Part shown: one piece after another, positions 1 through 8,748 of the stretch | How the letters are laid out: each line of letters begins with the position of its first letter | Numbering within the stretch: the first letter of the stretch is position 1 | IMG/VR virus record: IMGVR_UViG_3300016667_000411 | Coordinates: 1-57,195 of that record | Strand: one strand, 5' to 3' | Source of the DNA: a virus | Taxonomy: Duplodnaviria; Caudoviricetes | DNA: 57,195 bases | Translations under genes and position numbers: made by a program | Notes under the pieces: model-generated | Seen by the model: the letters and a program-made list of their open reading frames with translations, nothing else | Told to the model about the DNA's origin: nothing | The model's database searches: none

Positions 1-1410
1 AGTGGTAGTGCGCTGACGTTTGATGGCACGAATCTGGGATTTGGTGGAACTGGTCAGCGCATCACTGGCGACTTCAGTAATGCGACGCTGGCAAACCGGG
101 TTATGTTCCAGACAAGCACGACAAATGGGAACACCGGCCTTGCGGCAATTCCGAATGGGACAGGCAATAGCACCGGGATGCGGCTCTTCAATTCCTCGGA
201 CATCACAAACTCTGCCGGGCTTTTTGTTGTTGCTGGAACTGACGCATCTATCCAGTCCATCATCACCGGCACCGGCACTTACCTGCCAATGACCTTCTAC
301 ACAGGCGGCTCCGAAAGGATGCGTCTGGATACGTCAGGGAATTTGGGCATCAACACAAGCTCGGCTGGAAGCAAACTTACTGTGTTGGGAACGGGTAGTT
401 TTTACGCTTCAACTAACGCAAACACTGGCAGCGGCTACGGCTTCACCCTTACTGGTGCAAACAGCAAGTCTTCTGCATCTGATAACACCAGCCTTGCGTT
501 GTTTTCCAACGATGCGCTTGCGTCCAATCCTCTTACGCTTGCAATGAGTTTGGTTGGTAATGCAACCGTTGCAAACGGCTACGCTTACCTACAAGCCAGT
601 GAATACGGCACTGGCAACTGGCGCAGCATCGCATTGAACCCCAGCGGCGGCAACGTCGGCATCGGGACGAATTCAATCCAAGGAAAATTTAATGTCGCCA
701 GTGGACGGTCTTTCTTTGGCGCAAACAGCGAAACATATTCCGTTGCTGTTGGGTTCACGCAATCTCGCGTGGCTTCAGGGCAGGTCTATTACATCGGAGC
801 CACAGATAGCGCAACGCCTGCTATTGTGTTTAGCAATGCGGCCGGAACCGAACGCGTCCGTATTACCGACGGCGGTGATCTGCTGGTGGGAGGGACATCA
901 GGCTCTGGGCGGCTCAGCGTGTTTGGAAGTGGTACAACACCGCTCACTTGGACGACCATTCTTTACGACTCAGGCGGGAACCAAATGTTTTCGCAAAGGG
1001 ATGACGGCGCGATTTATTTGGGGGCGAAATCCGCATCACCATATAACCTTACAACTTCTAATGCAGCGAATGCCCACTTAGCAGCAGACGGCTTTCTATA
1101 CCGCAGTACATCGTCGCTGAAATACAAGCGCGATGTTCAGGACACCGAGCATGGCTTAGCCGAAGTGCTGGCACTGCGTCCTGTCACTTACAAAGGCAAA
1201 TCAGCGGCTGACGGCGATACCGTGTTTGGCGGCTTGATCGCTGAAGAAGTTCATGAAGCAGGTTTGACCGAGTTTGTCCAATATGCAGAGGACGGCAGCC
1301 CTGATGCTTTGGCATACGGCAACATGGTTTCACTCTGCATCAAAGCCATTCAAGAACAGCAAGCCATCATCGAACAACTCAAGGCACGTCTTGATGCCGC
1401 AAACCTCTGA
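1..1410 (+). CDS. Tail fibre, C-terminal part, with peptidase S74-type intramolecular chaperone; continues from 56545..57195
   Basis: Frame is open from base 1. It has 'ERMRLDTSGNLGI' and 'GGNVGIGT' fibre repeats and a C-terminal 'SSLKYKRDV...LRPVTY...GLIAEEV...IKAIQEQQ' S74-like domain with a coiled coil. Confidence 0.9.
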   Translation, partial: SGSALTFDGTNLGFGGTGQRITGDFSNATLANRVMFQTSTTNGNTGLAAIPNGTGNSTGMRLFNSSDITNSAGLFVVAGTDASIQSIITGTGTYLPMTFYTGGSERMRLDTSGNLGINTSSAGSKLTVLGTGSFYASTNANTGSGYGFTLTGANSKSSASDNTSLALFSNDALASNPLTLAMSLVGNATVANGYAYLQASEYGTGNWRSIALNPSGGNVGIGTNSIQGKFNVASGRSFFGANSETYSVAVGFTQSRVASGQVYYIGATDSATPAIVFSNAAGTERVRITDGGDLLVGGTSGSGRLSVFGSGTTPLTWTTILYDSGGNQMFSQRDDGAIYLGAKSASPYNLTTSNAANAHLAADGFLYRSTSSLKYKRDVQDTEHGLAEVLALRPVTYKGKSAADGDTVFGGLIAEEVHEAGLTEFVQYAEDGSPDALAYGNMVSLCIKAIQEQQAIIEQLKARLDAANL

Positions 1411-1421
1411 AAGGAAAAATC

Positions 1422-1772
1422 ATGAGCGCAACTATTAACTGGACTGTTACTGCCATGGACTGCTACCCGCAGGCCGATGGCGAAACCGACGTTGTGTTCA
1501 CCGTGCACTGGACCTGCTCCGGAGCCCAGACCATCAACGGCAAAACCTACAACGGCTCTGTGTACTCCACCTGCGCCGTGCCAGCCCCCACGGGCTCGGC
1601 ATTCACGCCCTACGACCAGCTCACCGAAGCCCAGGTCCTCGGCTGGATCTGGGCCAACGGCGTGGACAAGGCTGCCACTGAAGCCGCTGTCGCGCAGCAG
1701 ATCGCCAACCTGATCAACCCGCCAGTGATTACTCCACCGCTGCCGTGGGCAGTGTCCGCTGCGCAAGCATAA
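1422..1772 (+). CDS. Tail-fibre-associated conserved phage protein (116 aa)
   Basis: AAGGA RBS. 'VVFTVHW...FTPYDQLTEAQVLGW...PPLPW' pattern typical of genes following S74 fibres. Confidence 0.7.
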   Translation: MSATINWTVTAMDCYPQADGETDVVFTVHWTCSGAQTINGKTYNGSVYSTCAVPAPTGSAFTPYDQLTEAQVLGWIWANGVDKAATEAAVAQQIANLINPPVITPPLPWAVSAAQA

Positions 1773-1826
1773 TTGATACGGGCCAAGCCTCTCGGCCCTT
1801 GATGAGAGGCAACTTTTGGAGAAAAC

Positions 1827-1988
1827 ATGGAACTGACACTTAAGCTGACAGTTGAGGAAATCAACGCGATTCTGCAGGTGATGGGAGACCTCCCCACCAA
1901 GACTGGCGCCTATCCTCTCGTGATGAAGATCAAGGCTCAAGCAGACTCGCAACTGCCAAAACAGGAACCTGAGAAGAAGGACGAGTGA
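1827..1988 (+). CDS. Hypothetical protein (53 aa, not in ORF track)
   Basis: GGAG RBS. Translates to MELTLKLTVEEINAILQVMGDLPTKTGAYPLVMKIKAQA...; its stop overlaps the next start. Confidence 0.8.
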   Translation: MELTLKLTVEEINAILQVMGDLPTKTGAYPLVMKIKAQADSQLPKQEPEKKDE

Positions 1989-2302
1989 TGTACGACGAGG
2001 GAATGCACCTAGCCAAGAGCGACAATGCCCATCTGGACAAGCGCTTTGACGAGATTCTTGTGGAGCTCCGCAAGATCAATGGCGCATTCCCTCGCAACGA
2101 CGACGGAAGCGTCGACTTCGATGGCCACAAGAAGTACCACGAGGAGATGATAGAGGCCGCTAGGGCTCAAACCGAGTTCTGGCGTGAGCTACGCCTTGAC
2201 ATCGCGAAAAAAGGTGTCTGGGGGCTTCTGATCATCGTCTGTGGCCTTGTTCTTGTGGGGATCACTGCCAAGCTTGGCATCAGCGGAACAGGAGTCAAAT
2301 GA
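1985..2302 (+). CDS. Membrane protein of the lysis cassette (holin/antiholin-like)
   Basis: One C-terminal hydrophobic helix (GVWGLLIIVCGLVLVGI); coupled to the next gene. Confidence 0.5.
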   Translation: MMYDEGMHLAKSDNAHLDKRFDEILVELRKINGAFPRNDDGSVDFDGHKKYHEEMIEAARAQTEFWRELRLDIAKKGVWGLLIIVCGLVLVGITAKLGISGTGVK

Positions 2303-2829
2303 TGGCCATACCAGCGTTTCTTGCTCCACTACTTGCCCAGGGCCTCAACCTCCTGGGCAATGCTGCTTTGGCCAAGGGAAAAGAGTGGGTCGAAGAGAAG
2401 ACGGGCGTCAAGCTGCAGCCCAACATGTCTGATGATGACCTGCTCAAGCTGCGCCAATACGAGATGGACCATCAGGAGGAGCTGCTTCGCCTCCGCATCG
2501 AAGAGAACAAGCTTGACATCGAGATATTTAAGGAAGAAGTCAAGGACCGTGAGTCCGCAAGAGAACGGGACGCTTGGTATGTGAGGGCTGGACGCCACAA
2601 CTACCGAGCCGACCTGATGTTCGTGCTGGCTGTTGCCATGATTGGCGTTCTCGTGTGGATTGTCTGGAAGGACCCGTCCATCAACGAATACGTCAAGGGC
2701 ATCTTCACACTGGTTTTGGGCCGCTTCCTTGGCTACCTGGACAACATCTACAACTTTGAGTTCGGCACGACGCGCGGCTCCAAGGACAAGGATGCGACCA
2801 TCAAGCAACTGACAGGAGGCGACAAATGA
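2299..2829 (+). CDS. Putative holin
   Basis: 'DRESARER' followed by two hydrophobic segments and 'FEFGTTRGSKDK'; lies directly upstream of the endolysin. Confidence 0.7.
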   Translation: MMAIPAFLAPLLAQGLNLLGNAALAKGKEWVEEKTGVKLQPNMSDDDLLKLRQYEMDHQEELLRLRIEENKLDIEIFKEEVKDRESARERDAWYVRAGRHNYRADLMFVLAVAMIGVLVWIVWKDPSINEYVKGIFTLVLGRFLGYLDNIYNFEFGTTRGSKDKDATIKQLTGGDK

Positions 2830-3167
2830 GCCTGGTTGCTGAACAAGCCGAGTTCATGAAGGACGTGGCCAAACTGATCAACTTCTGCTTTGAACAGGGC
2901 TGGGTCATCACAGGCGGCGAGCTGTTTCGCACTGCTGAGCAGCAACTGATCCACTTCAACGCAGGTCGCAGCAAGGTCCGCGCAGGTGGAACCCACATGA
3001 AGCGCTGCGCGATTGACCTGAACTTTTTCCGTGACGGCAAGCTCGTCTGGGACAAACAACAATTGGCGCCGATCGGAGCCTACTGGGAAAGCTTGAACCC
3101 CAAGAATCGTTGGGGTGGCAACTTCAGAAGCTTGGTCGATGTGCCTCATTTTGAGAGGAACGTCTGA
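2826..3167 (+). CDS. Endolysin, peptidase M15 family
   Basis: 'RTAEQQ', 'THMKRCAIDL' and 'WGGNFRSLVDVPHFE' zinc-peptidase motifs. Confidence 0.88.
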   Translation: MSLVAEQAEFMKDVAKLINFCFEQGWVITGGELFRTAEQQLIHFNAGRSKVRAGGTHMKRCAIDLNFFRDGKLVWDKQQLAPIGAYWESLNPKNRWGGNFRSLVDVPHFERNV

Positions 3168-3820
3168 TGCCAGCAGCAATGACCTTCACGACGCTGCAGA
3201 ACGATGTTCGCAGCTATCTTGAGCGAGGTGGTTCGGCTGCCACCGATCCCCTGGTCTATGCCCAGATTCCGAACCTGATCACGCTTGCCGAGCGCCGGAT
3301 CAGCCGTGACCTCAAGATTCAAGGCTTTCAGACAGTCGTCGTGACTAACCTGCAGGCCGGTGTGGCTGTCCTGGCCAAGCCTGATCGCTGGCGTGAGACC
3401 ATCAGCATGAACGTGGGGACGGGCAACCAGAACAACACGCGCAGCCAAGTGTACCCTCGGTCGTATGAGTACTGCCGCATGTACTGGCCTGATGAGACTC
3501 AGCTGGGAACACCTGAGTTCTATGCCGACTACAACTACACCAACTGGCTGGTCGTGCCAACGCCGGATTTTGCATACCCCATCGAGATCCTGTACTACGA
3601 GCTGCCAGCCCTGCTTGACGAGAACAACCAGACGAACTGGCTCACTGACTACGCTCCGAACTTGCTGTTGTACGCAACCCTGCTCGAGGCCACTCCGTTC
3701 CTCAAGAACGACGAGCGCATTCCAATCTGGCAAAACATGTATGCCATGGCTGCCCAGGCCCTGAATGGTGAAGACCTGAAGAAGATCTTGGACCGTGGCG
3801 CCGTGAGAAACGAGGCCTAA
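3167..3820 (+). CDS. Head-tail adaptor / tail tubular protein
   Basis: 'IPNLITLAERRISRDL' and 'TNWLTDYAPNLLLYATLLEA' adaptor-like motifs; position in the structural operon. Confidence 0.7.
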   Translation: MPAAMTFTTLQNDVRSYLERGGSAATDPLVYAQIPNLITLAERRISRDLKIQGFQTVVVTNLQAGVAVLAKPDRWRETISMNVGTGNQNNTRSQVYPRSYEYCRMYWPDETQLGTPEFYADYNYTNWLVVPTPDFAYPIEILYYELPALLDENNQTNWLTDYAPNLLLYATLLEATPFLKNDERIPIWQNMYAMAAQALNGEDLKKILDRGAVRNEA

Positions 3821-3821
3821 T

Positions 3822-5012
3822 ATGACTGTCTACACCAACATCTTCGGCGGTACCAACATCAGCCCATCGACGGTCAGCTACGCTGCCGTCACTCTGACTC
3901 AGAACACGCAGTTTGACTGGCCGCTTGAGACGGCTCCATCGACGAACCTGATGGCGACGATCATGGACATCACGTCCACGACGCCAAACCTCGTCATGAC
4001 GCTGCCGAGCGCCCTTGAGGCATCCAATGGCCAGACCGTCCTGATCAACAACGTTGGGTCTGAGACGTTCATCGTTCGCGACTATCAGGGCAACCAGATC
4101 GTCGCGCCTGTAAGCGGATCCGTGTGGCAGATCTACCTGACCAGCAACACAACGACTGGCGGGACATGGGAAGCCTTCTTGTACGGCGCCCAAGTGTCGA
4201 CGGCCAACGCAGCAAGCTTGGCAGGAACGGGCTTGATTGCCTTGGGCAGCTTGCTATCCCTGGCCATGCCTGTCACCCAGTTCAACGGCAACTACACGGC
4301 TGGTGTGGCCGATCGCGCCAAGACCTTTGTGTGGACTGGCGGAGCTGGCGTCTTGTCGCTGACGTCGGCAGGCACTCTTGCCAACAACTGGTTCATCAAC
4401 GTCCGCAACGAGGGCACTGGAGCCCTTGTCGTCGATCCGGCAGGGTCCCAGCAGATCAACGGGTCTGCCGACCTGACATTCCAGCCGGGCGACTCTGCAA
4501 CGATCTTCACCGACGGAATTGCGTTCTACACGATCGGCTACGGCCAATCGCCCGTGTTCGCATTCGACTACACGTCGATCAACATTGCGGGCTCTGGGGC
4601 CTACACGCTCAGCGGTTCTGAGCTCAACCGGATTGCCTACAACTTCACGGGTACCCTGACCGGCAACCGCAGCGTCATCGTGCCCCCGACAGTTCAGCAG
4701 TACTGGGTGGCCAACAACACAACTGGCCCTTACACCTTGACCATCAAGACGGCTGCTGCAAGCGGCACGACGGTGAACCAGGGGGCCAGAACCATCATGT
4801 ACTGCGATGGCACCAACGTCGTCACTGCAGACACTGGCGGCGTGTCTGTTCCAATCGCCATCAGCGAAGGTGGTACTGGAGCCACGACTGCCGGCAACGC
4901 CTTGATCAACCTTGGCGGCACGGCAACAGGCATCGCAATCTTCACGGCAGCTTCCCAGGTGGCTGCTCAGGTGGCCATTGGCCTTGATCCCATCCAAGGC
5001 GGAACCTACTGA
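3822..5012 (+). CDS. Virion structural (tail) protein
   Basis: G/T/A/N-rich beta-type sequence, ends in GGTY, coupled to the nozzle gene. Confidence 0.7.
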   Translation: MTVYTNIFGGTNISPSTVSYAAVTLTQNTQFDWPLETAPSTNLMATIMDITSTTPNLVMTLPSALEASNGQTVLINNVGSETFIVRDYQGNQIVAPVSGSVWQIYLTSNTTTGGTWEAFLYGAQVSTANAASLAGTGLIALGSLLSLAMPVTQFNGNYTAGVADRAKTFVWTGGAGVLSLTSAGTLANNWFINVRNEGTGALVVDPAGSQQINGSADLTFQPGDSATIFTDGIAFYTIGYGQSPVFAFDYTSINIAGSGAYTLSGSELNRIAYNFTGTLTGNRSVIVPPTVQQYWVANNTTGPYTLTIKTAAASGTTVNQGARTIMYCDGTNVVTADTGGVSVPIAISEGGTGATTAGNALINLGGTATGIAIFTAASQVAAQVAIGLDPIQGGTY

Positions 5013-6661
5013 TGGAAACAACCCCGGTCATCATCAGGTCGCAGCCGGGCATCAAGCGCGACGGTACGAAGTTCGAAGGCGACTTCTACGTCGACGGCCA
5101 ATGGGTGCGCTTTCAACGCGGACTGCCTCGCAAGATTGGCGGCTACACGGCCATCAACCGCTACCTGTCTGAGATCAGCCGGGGCATCAAGACCTACACT
5201 GAAAACGGAGGGACTTACTTCCACTCCGGGTCTGCCAGCTTCATCGAGCGCTTCGTCATCGATGGCCAAGGAGCCACTAGCCTCGTCATCAACCGTACGC
5301 CACTGACCCTGAACGCCAATGAGGCCAACAAGTGGCAGTTCGACGTCATGTATGACAGCTCAGGGATTCCTCCTGTCAACATGCTGATCGCTCAGGTGGC
5401 GCCCAACGGCAATTGCATTTGCAACAACGTTGGCGGTCAGCTGTTCGTGGGCGAACTCACAGGGACCTCGGCTCTCCAAGAAGTCACGGTCTTCCCTGCT
5501 GGCGCCAACATCACCGGCGGTGTCTGCGTGCTGCATCCCTACCTGACGTATTTCGGAACGGACGGCTTTCTGGGATGGTCTGTTGCTGGTCAGCCGACGA
5601 ACCTGACAGGCGTAGGCGCTGGGAATGCTCGCATTGCTGCCCAGAAGATTGTCAAGGGCCTGCCTCTTCGTGGTGGTCCTGGTAACGCGCCAGCTGGCTT
5701 GTACTGGTCTGCAGATGCAGTGATTCGCTGCTCCTTCGTGGGCGGCAACTCGGTCTTCCAGTTTGACACGATCAGCAGCAACTCAAGCATCCTGAGCCCC
5801 AACAGCGTCATTGAGTACGACGGCCAATACTTCTGGGCCGGGACAGACCGCTTCCTGATGTTCAACGGCGTGGTGCGGGAGATTCCCAACAACCTGAACA
5901 TCAACTACTTCTTTGACGGCCTCAACAGGGCGGCCTCGCAGAAGGTCTTTGCCTACAAGATTCCCCGGTACGGCGAAATCTGGTGGTGCTATCCAAGGGG
6001 CGATGCCACGGAGTGCACCCATGCCGTGATCTTCAACATCAAGGAGAACACGTGGTATGACACCGAGCTGCCCAACGGCGGAAGGTCTGCTGGAGAATTC
6101 TCGCCTGTCTATGCTGCCCCTTTGCTGACCGGGGTCAAGCAGGCCGCTTTCCGCCCCAACTACCGGGTCACCGAGAACGGCGACATCCGAATCACCGAGG
6201 AAGGTGATGAGCGAATCGTCGAGGCTGAGGAAGGTTTCTTGGTCTGGCAGCACGAAAAAGGCACCGATGAGGTCGACGGCCAGTTCATCACGGCCATCCC
6301 GTCTTGGTTTGAGACTGCCGACATGAGTTTCCTGGTCGGCGGCAATCCGCGCAACAAGTGGATCCGGGTTGAGATGATCGAGCCTGACTTCGTGCAGTCC
6401 CAGAACATGACTGTCCAGCTGACCGGGCGAGCAAACGCCAAGGCTGGCGAGGTCAAGGGCCCTGAGCGGATCATCTATGACCAGCCATCCACACCGTACG
6501 AACAAGTCGTCTGGTTCAAGGAAGAACGCCGCGAGCTCAGGCTCAAGTTCACCTCGAACACGATCAACGGCGACTACCAGATGGGCCAGGTCATCGCCCA
6601 CATTGCACCTGCCGACGGCAACGTTCTTGGTGCAGTTGCTGACGAAGAGGGTTCCGCGTGA
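5012..6661 (+). CDS. Tail nozzle / P22 gp10-like DNA stabilisation protein
   Basis: 549 aa with 'QPGIKRDGT...WVRFQRGLPRKIGG' and 'GEIWWCYP'; beta-propeller-like composition; upstream of the ejection proteins. Confidence 0.7.
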   Translation: METTPVIIRSQPGIKRDGTKFEGDFYVDGQWVRFQRGLPRKIGGYTAINRYLSEISRGIKTYTENGGTYFHSGSASFIERFVIDGQGATSLVINRTPLTLNANEANKWQFDVMYDSSGIPPVNMLIAQVAPNGNCICNNVGGQLFVGELTGTSALQEVTVFPAGANITGGVCVLHPYLTYFGTDGFLGWSVAGQPTNLTGVGAGNARIAAQKIVKGLPLRGGPGNAPAGLYWSADAVIRCSFVGGNSVFQFDTISSNSSILSPNSVIEYDGQYFWAGTDRFLMFNGVVREIPNNLNINYFFDGLNRAASQKVFAYKIPRYGEIWWCYPRGDATECTHAVIFNIKENTWYDTELPNGGRSAGEFSPVYAAPLLTGVKQAAFRPNYRVTENGDIRITEEGDERIVEAEEGFLVWQHEKGTDEVDGQFITAIPSWFETADMSFLVGGNPRNKWIRVEMIEPDFVQSQNMTVQLTGRANAKAGEVKGPERIIYDQPSTPYEQVVWFKEERRELRLKFTSNTINGDYQMGQVIAHIAPADGNVLGAVADEEGSA

Positions 6662-6885
6662 TCACGCAGCCCGTTATAATCGGCCTCAGGGACTGGGCAG
6701 ACCAGGTGATTTTGGACCTGGACGATTACAGTCCCCTTCAGAGGCTAGACGATGAAACACAGTGGCAACAGTGGGGCTTGCAGTTCTGCGTTATCTCGGG
6801 ACTGAGCCAGAAAAACCCGCCGAATCCCTATGACTTCACCGACTGGCGCACGTGGGCCGAACGCTTTGTACAGGTGGTGTCATGA
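6658..6885 (+). CDS. Hypothetical Trp-rich protein (75 aa)
   Basis: GTGA/ATGA overlaps on both sides; 'WQQWG...PPNPYDFTDWRTWA'. Confidence 0.75.
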   Translation: MITQPVIIGLRDWADQVILDLDDYSPLQRLDDETQWQQWGLQFCVISGLSQKNPPNPYDFTDWRTWAERFVQVVS

Positions 6886-7172
6886 CAGACCAAGATTTTC
6901 TCAAGCTGCTGCACGAGGTAGCTAAAAAAGCCAAGCCGTTTCACAACGAGCTTCTTCCGATTGAAACCATGGATCAAGAGCTGACTGACGTCGGCCTTGA
7001 CAGCCTAGACCAGCTGATGTGCACGGTCTACCTCTGCGAGATTTACGACGTGGAGGATGAGAAAAGCAAGGAGATGCTGGTCAAGACTCCACGCGAGTGC
7101 CTTGACTTCCTGACCCAGTGGGGTCGCCGACAGCCCTCGAGCCTCGAAGAGGCGGTTGGGATGATCAAATGA
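6882..7172 (+). CDS. Acyl carrier protein-like protein (96 aa)
   Basis: Small acidic protein with 'LTDVGLDSLD' phosphopantetheine-attachment motif; adjacent to a ketosynthase. Start taken at the ATGA overlap. Confidence 0.85.
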   Translation: MTDQDFLKLLHEVAKKAKPFHNELLPIETMDQELTDVGLDSLDQLMCTVYLCEIYDVEDEKSKEMLVKTPRECLDFLTQWGRRQPSSLEEAVGMIK

Positions 7173-8290
7173 GGATCTTCCTGACCTACGGGCGCACGGT
7201 GTCAACAGAGGACACCGAAATCTTCCAAAACCACCCGTTTCCGCAACGGATTCACTGGTTCAAAGACACTTATGCCCGGGTCAAGACCGGGCTTTTCTGT
7301 CCCCCTCATCTCGTAGCCGAAAAGATCCTGACTCCTGACACCCTGAAGACTCTTCGGGACACGCAGCCTGGCAAGACAGCCTTCCTTCTGGCCTCCGGGA
7401 ACAGCAACTTTGCTGCCGAGGGCCACAAGATGAAGGTCGAGAACGAGCTCTCGTACAACTACAAGATCCTCCCCCTGTCCCTGACCCAGATCTATGCTGG
7501 CAGGATTGCCGCGCAGTGCGGAGAGATTGACCACACGGCCACTGATGCCACCGCCTGCACCTCGAGCCTGAAGGTTTTGATGGACGTGCAGACCCTGATC
7601 AAGTTCTACGGTTTCGACAGGGTCATCGTGCTGGCCGTCGAGGACCAAGTCAACAACATGACTCTCCAGTTCTTTGGAGAAGCCAAGGCGACCCTGACAG
7701 AAAGCATGGCCGAGACTCACCAGGTGGTCCCCAGTGCATTCGATGGGCGCAACTTTGGGTTCTACATAGGCCAGGGTGCTGCATTGGCCGTATTTGAGTC
7801 AGAAGAGGCCGTCAAGCGCTCAGGGCTTGAGGTCACGGCTGAGCTGGTCTCGGCCTACACGGCCACCGAGGTCCTGACCAACACGATCGGCCAACGCGAA
7901 GACGGCCAGGGGTTTGTCAGGGCGATTAACGGAACGCTTGAACTTTGTCAAATTCGTCCAGAACAAATTAAAATCGTGAAGACTCATGGGACGGGGACAA
8001 AGTCCAACAACGCGGCCGAAAAAGCTGCTCTGGACTCCACCCTGAGTGGGTTTGTAGCGACATCGTATAAGCAGCGAATCGGCCATACGATGGGAGCGAG
8101 CGGACTCTTAGAGACCCTCTTGCTGTTCAAAGATTTGGAGAAGGGCATTGTGCCTGAGATCCTCAACCGAACAGAGAGGGACGACCGGTACCTCTCACAT
8201 CCTGTTGAGGCTCCGGATGGCATGGTGCTCAGTTTGAGTGCAGGCATGGGGAATGTCTTCAGCGCCGCACTGTTTAACGTGAGGATCTAA
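7169..8290 (+). CDS. Beta-ketoacyl-ACP synthase (FabB/FabF-like, 373 aa)
   Basis: Catalytic motifs 'TACTSS', 'HGTGT' and 'KQRIGHTMGASG', plus 'GQGAA' and 'SAGMG'. Confidence 0.92.
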   Translation: MRIFLTYGRTVSTEDTEIFQNHPFPQRIHWFKDTYARVKTGLFCPPHLVAEKILTPDTLKTLRDTQPGKTAFLLASGNSNFAAEGHKMKVENELSYNYKILPLSLTQIYAGRIAAQCGEIDHTATDATACTSSLKVLMDVQTLIKFYGFDRVIVLAVEDQVNNMTLQFFGEAKATLTESMAETHQVVPSAFDGRNFGFYIGQGAALAVFESEEAVKRSGLEVTAELVSAYTATEVLTNTIGQREDGQGFVRAINGTLELCQIRPEQIKIVKTHGTGTKSNNAAEKAALDSTLSGFVATSYKQRIGHTMGASGLLETLLLFKDLEKGIVPEILNRTERDDRYLSHPVEAPDGMVLSLSAGMGNVFSAALFNVRI

Positions 8291-8292
8291 TC

Positions 8293-8748
8293 ATGCCCGT
8301 TGTCGATAGCAAACAGCAGATGCTCCCCGTCGGGGATGTGCTCAAAATCGCTGCTGAAAATACCAAGAGCGAATACCCCGTCGAGTTCGTCTACGCGACC
8401 TTCGTCAAAGAGGTCCAGATGCCCGGGAGCAAGTTCCTCCGCTATGGCAACACGATCTATGTGATCCACGGCTCCGAACGCGAACCTCGCAAAGGCATGT
8501 TCCGCGCCCTGAATGCGGACACTGCCGAGAATTTCATGGCTTCTGGTTTCCAGTTTGTCGTTGATGCCTACAAGGCCGGCTTCGACACTCTTGTCACTCA
8601 GTTCAGAGACCAGAGCCTCATCAACATCTTCCGAAACGTCGCAAAGAATCCGCCAAACCCTGGCATGGGCTACAACGTCCAGATGCTGGGCAACGGTGAA
8701 TACCAGGTGGCTTTGCAACTTGGAACACCTCGTGGAGGAGCTAGATAA
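8293..8748 (+). CDS. Hypothetical protein, possibly acyltransferase (GNAT)-like
   Basis: 151 aa alpha/beta pattern in the slot between nozzle and first ejection protein. The ORF is solid; the function is inference only. Confidence 0.45.
   Translation: MPVVDSKQQMLPVGDVLKIAAENTKSEYPVEFVYATFVKEVQMPGSKFLRYGNTIYVIHGSEREPRKGMFRALNADTAENFMASGFQFVVDAYKAGFDTLVTQFRDQSLINIFRNVAKNPPNPGMGYNVQMLGNGEYQVALQLGTPRGGAR

Noticed and set aside
6852-7168. Longer upstream starts given in the ORF track for ACP and KS (6852, 7118)
   Set aside because: ATGA-coupled starts at 6882 and 7169 fit the operon pattern and have purine-rich RBS-like sequences.
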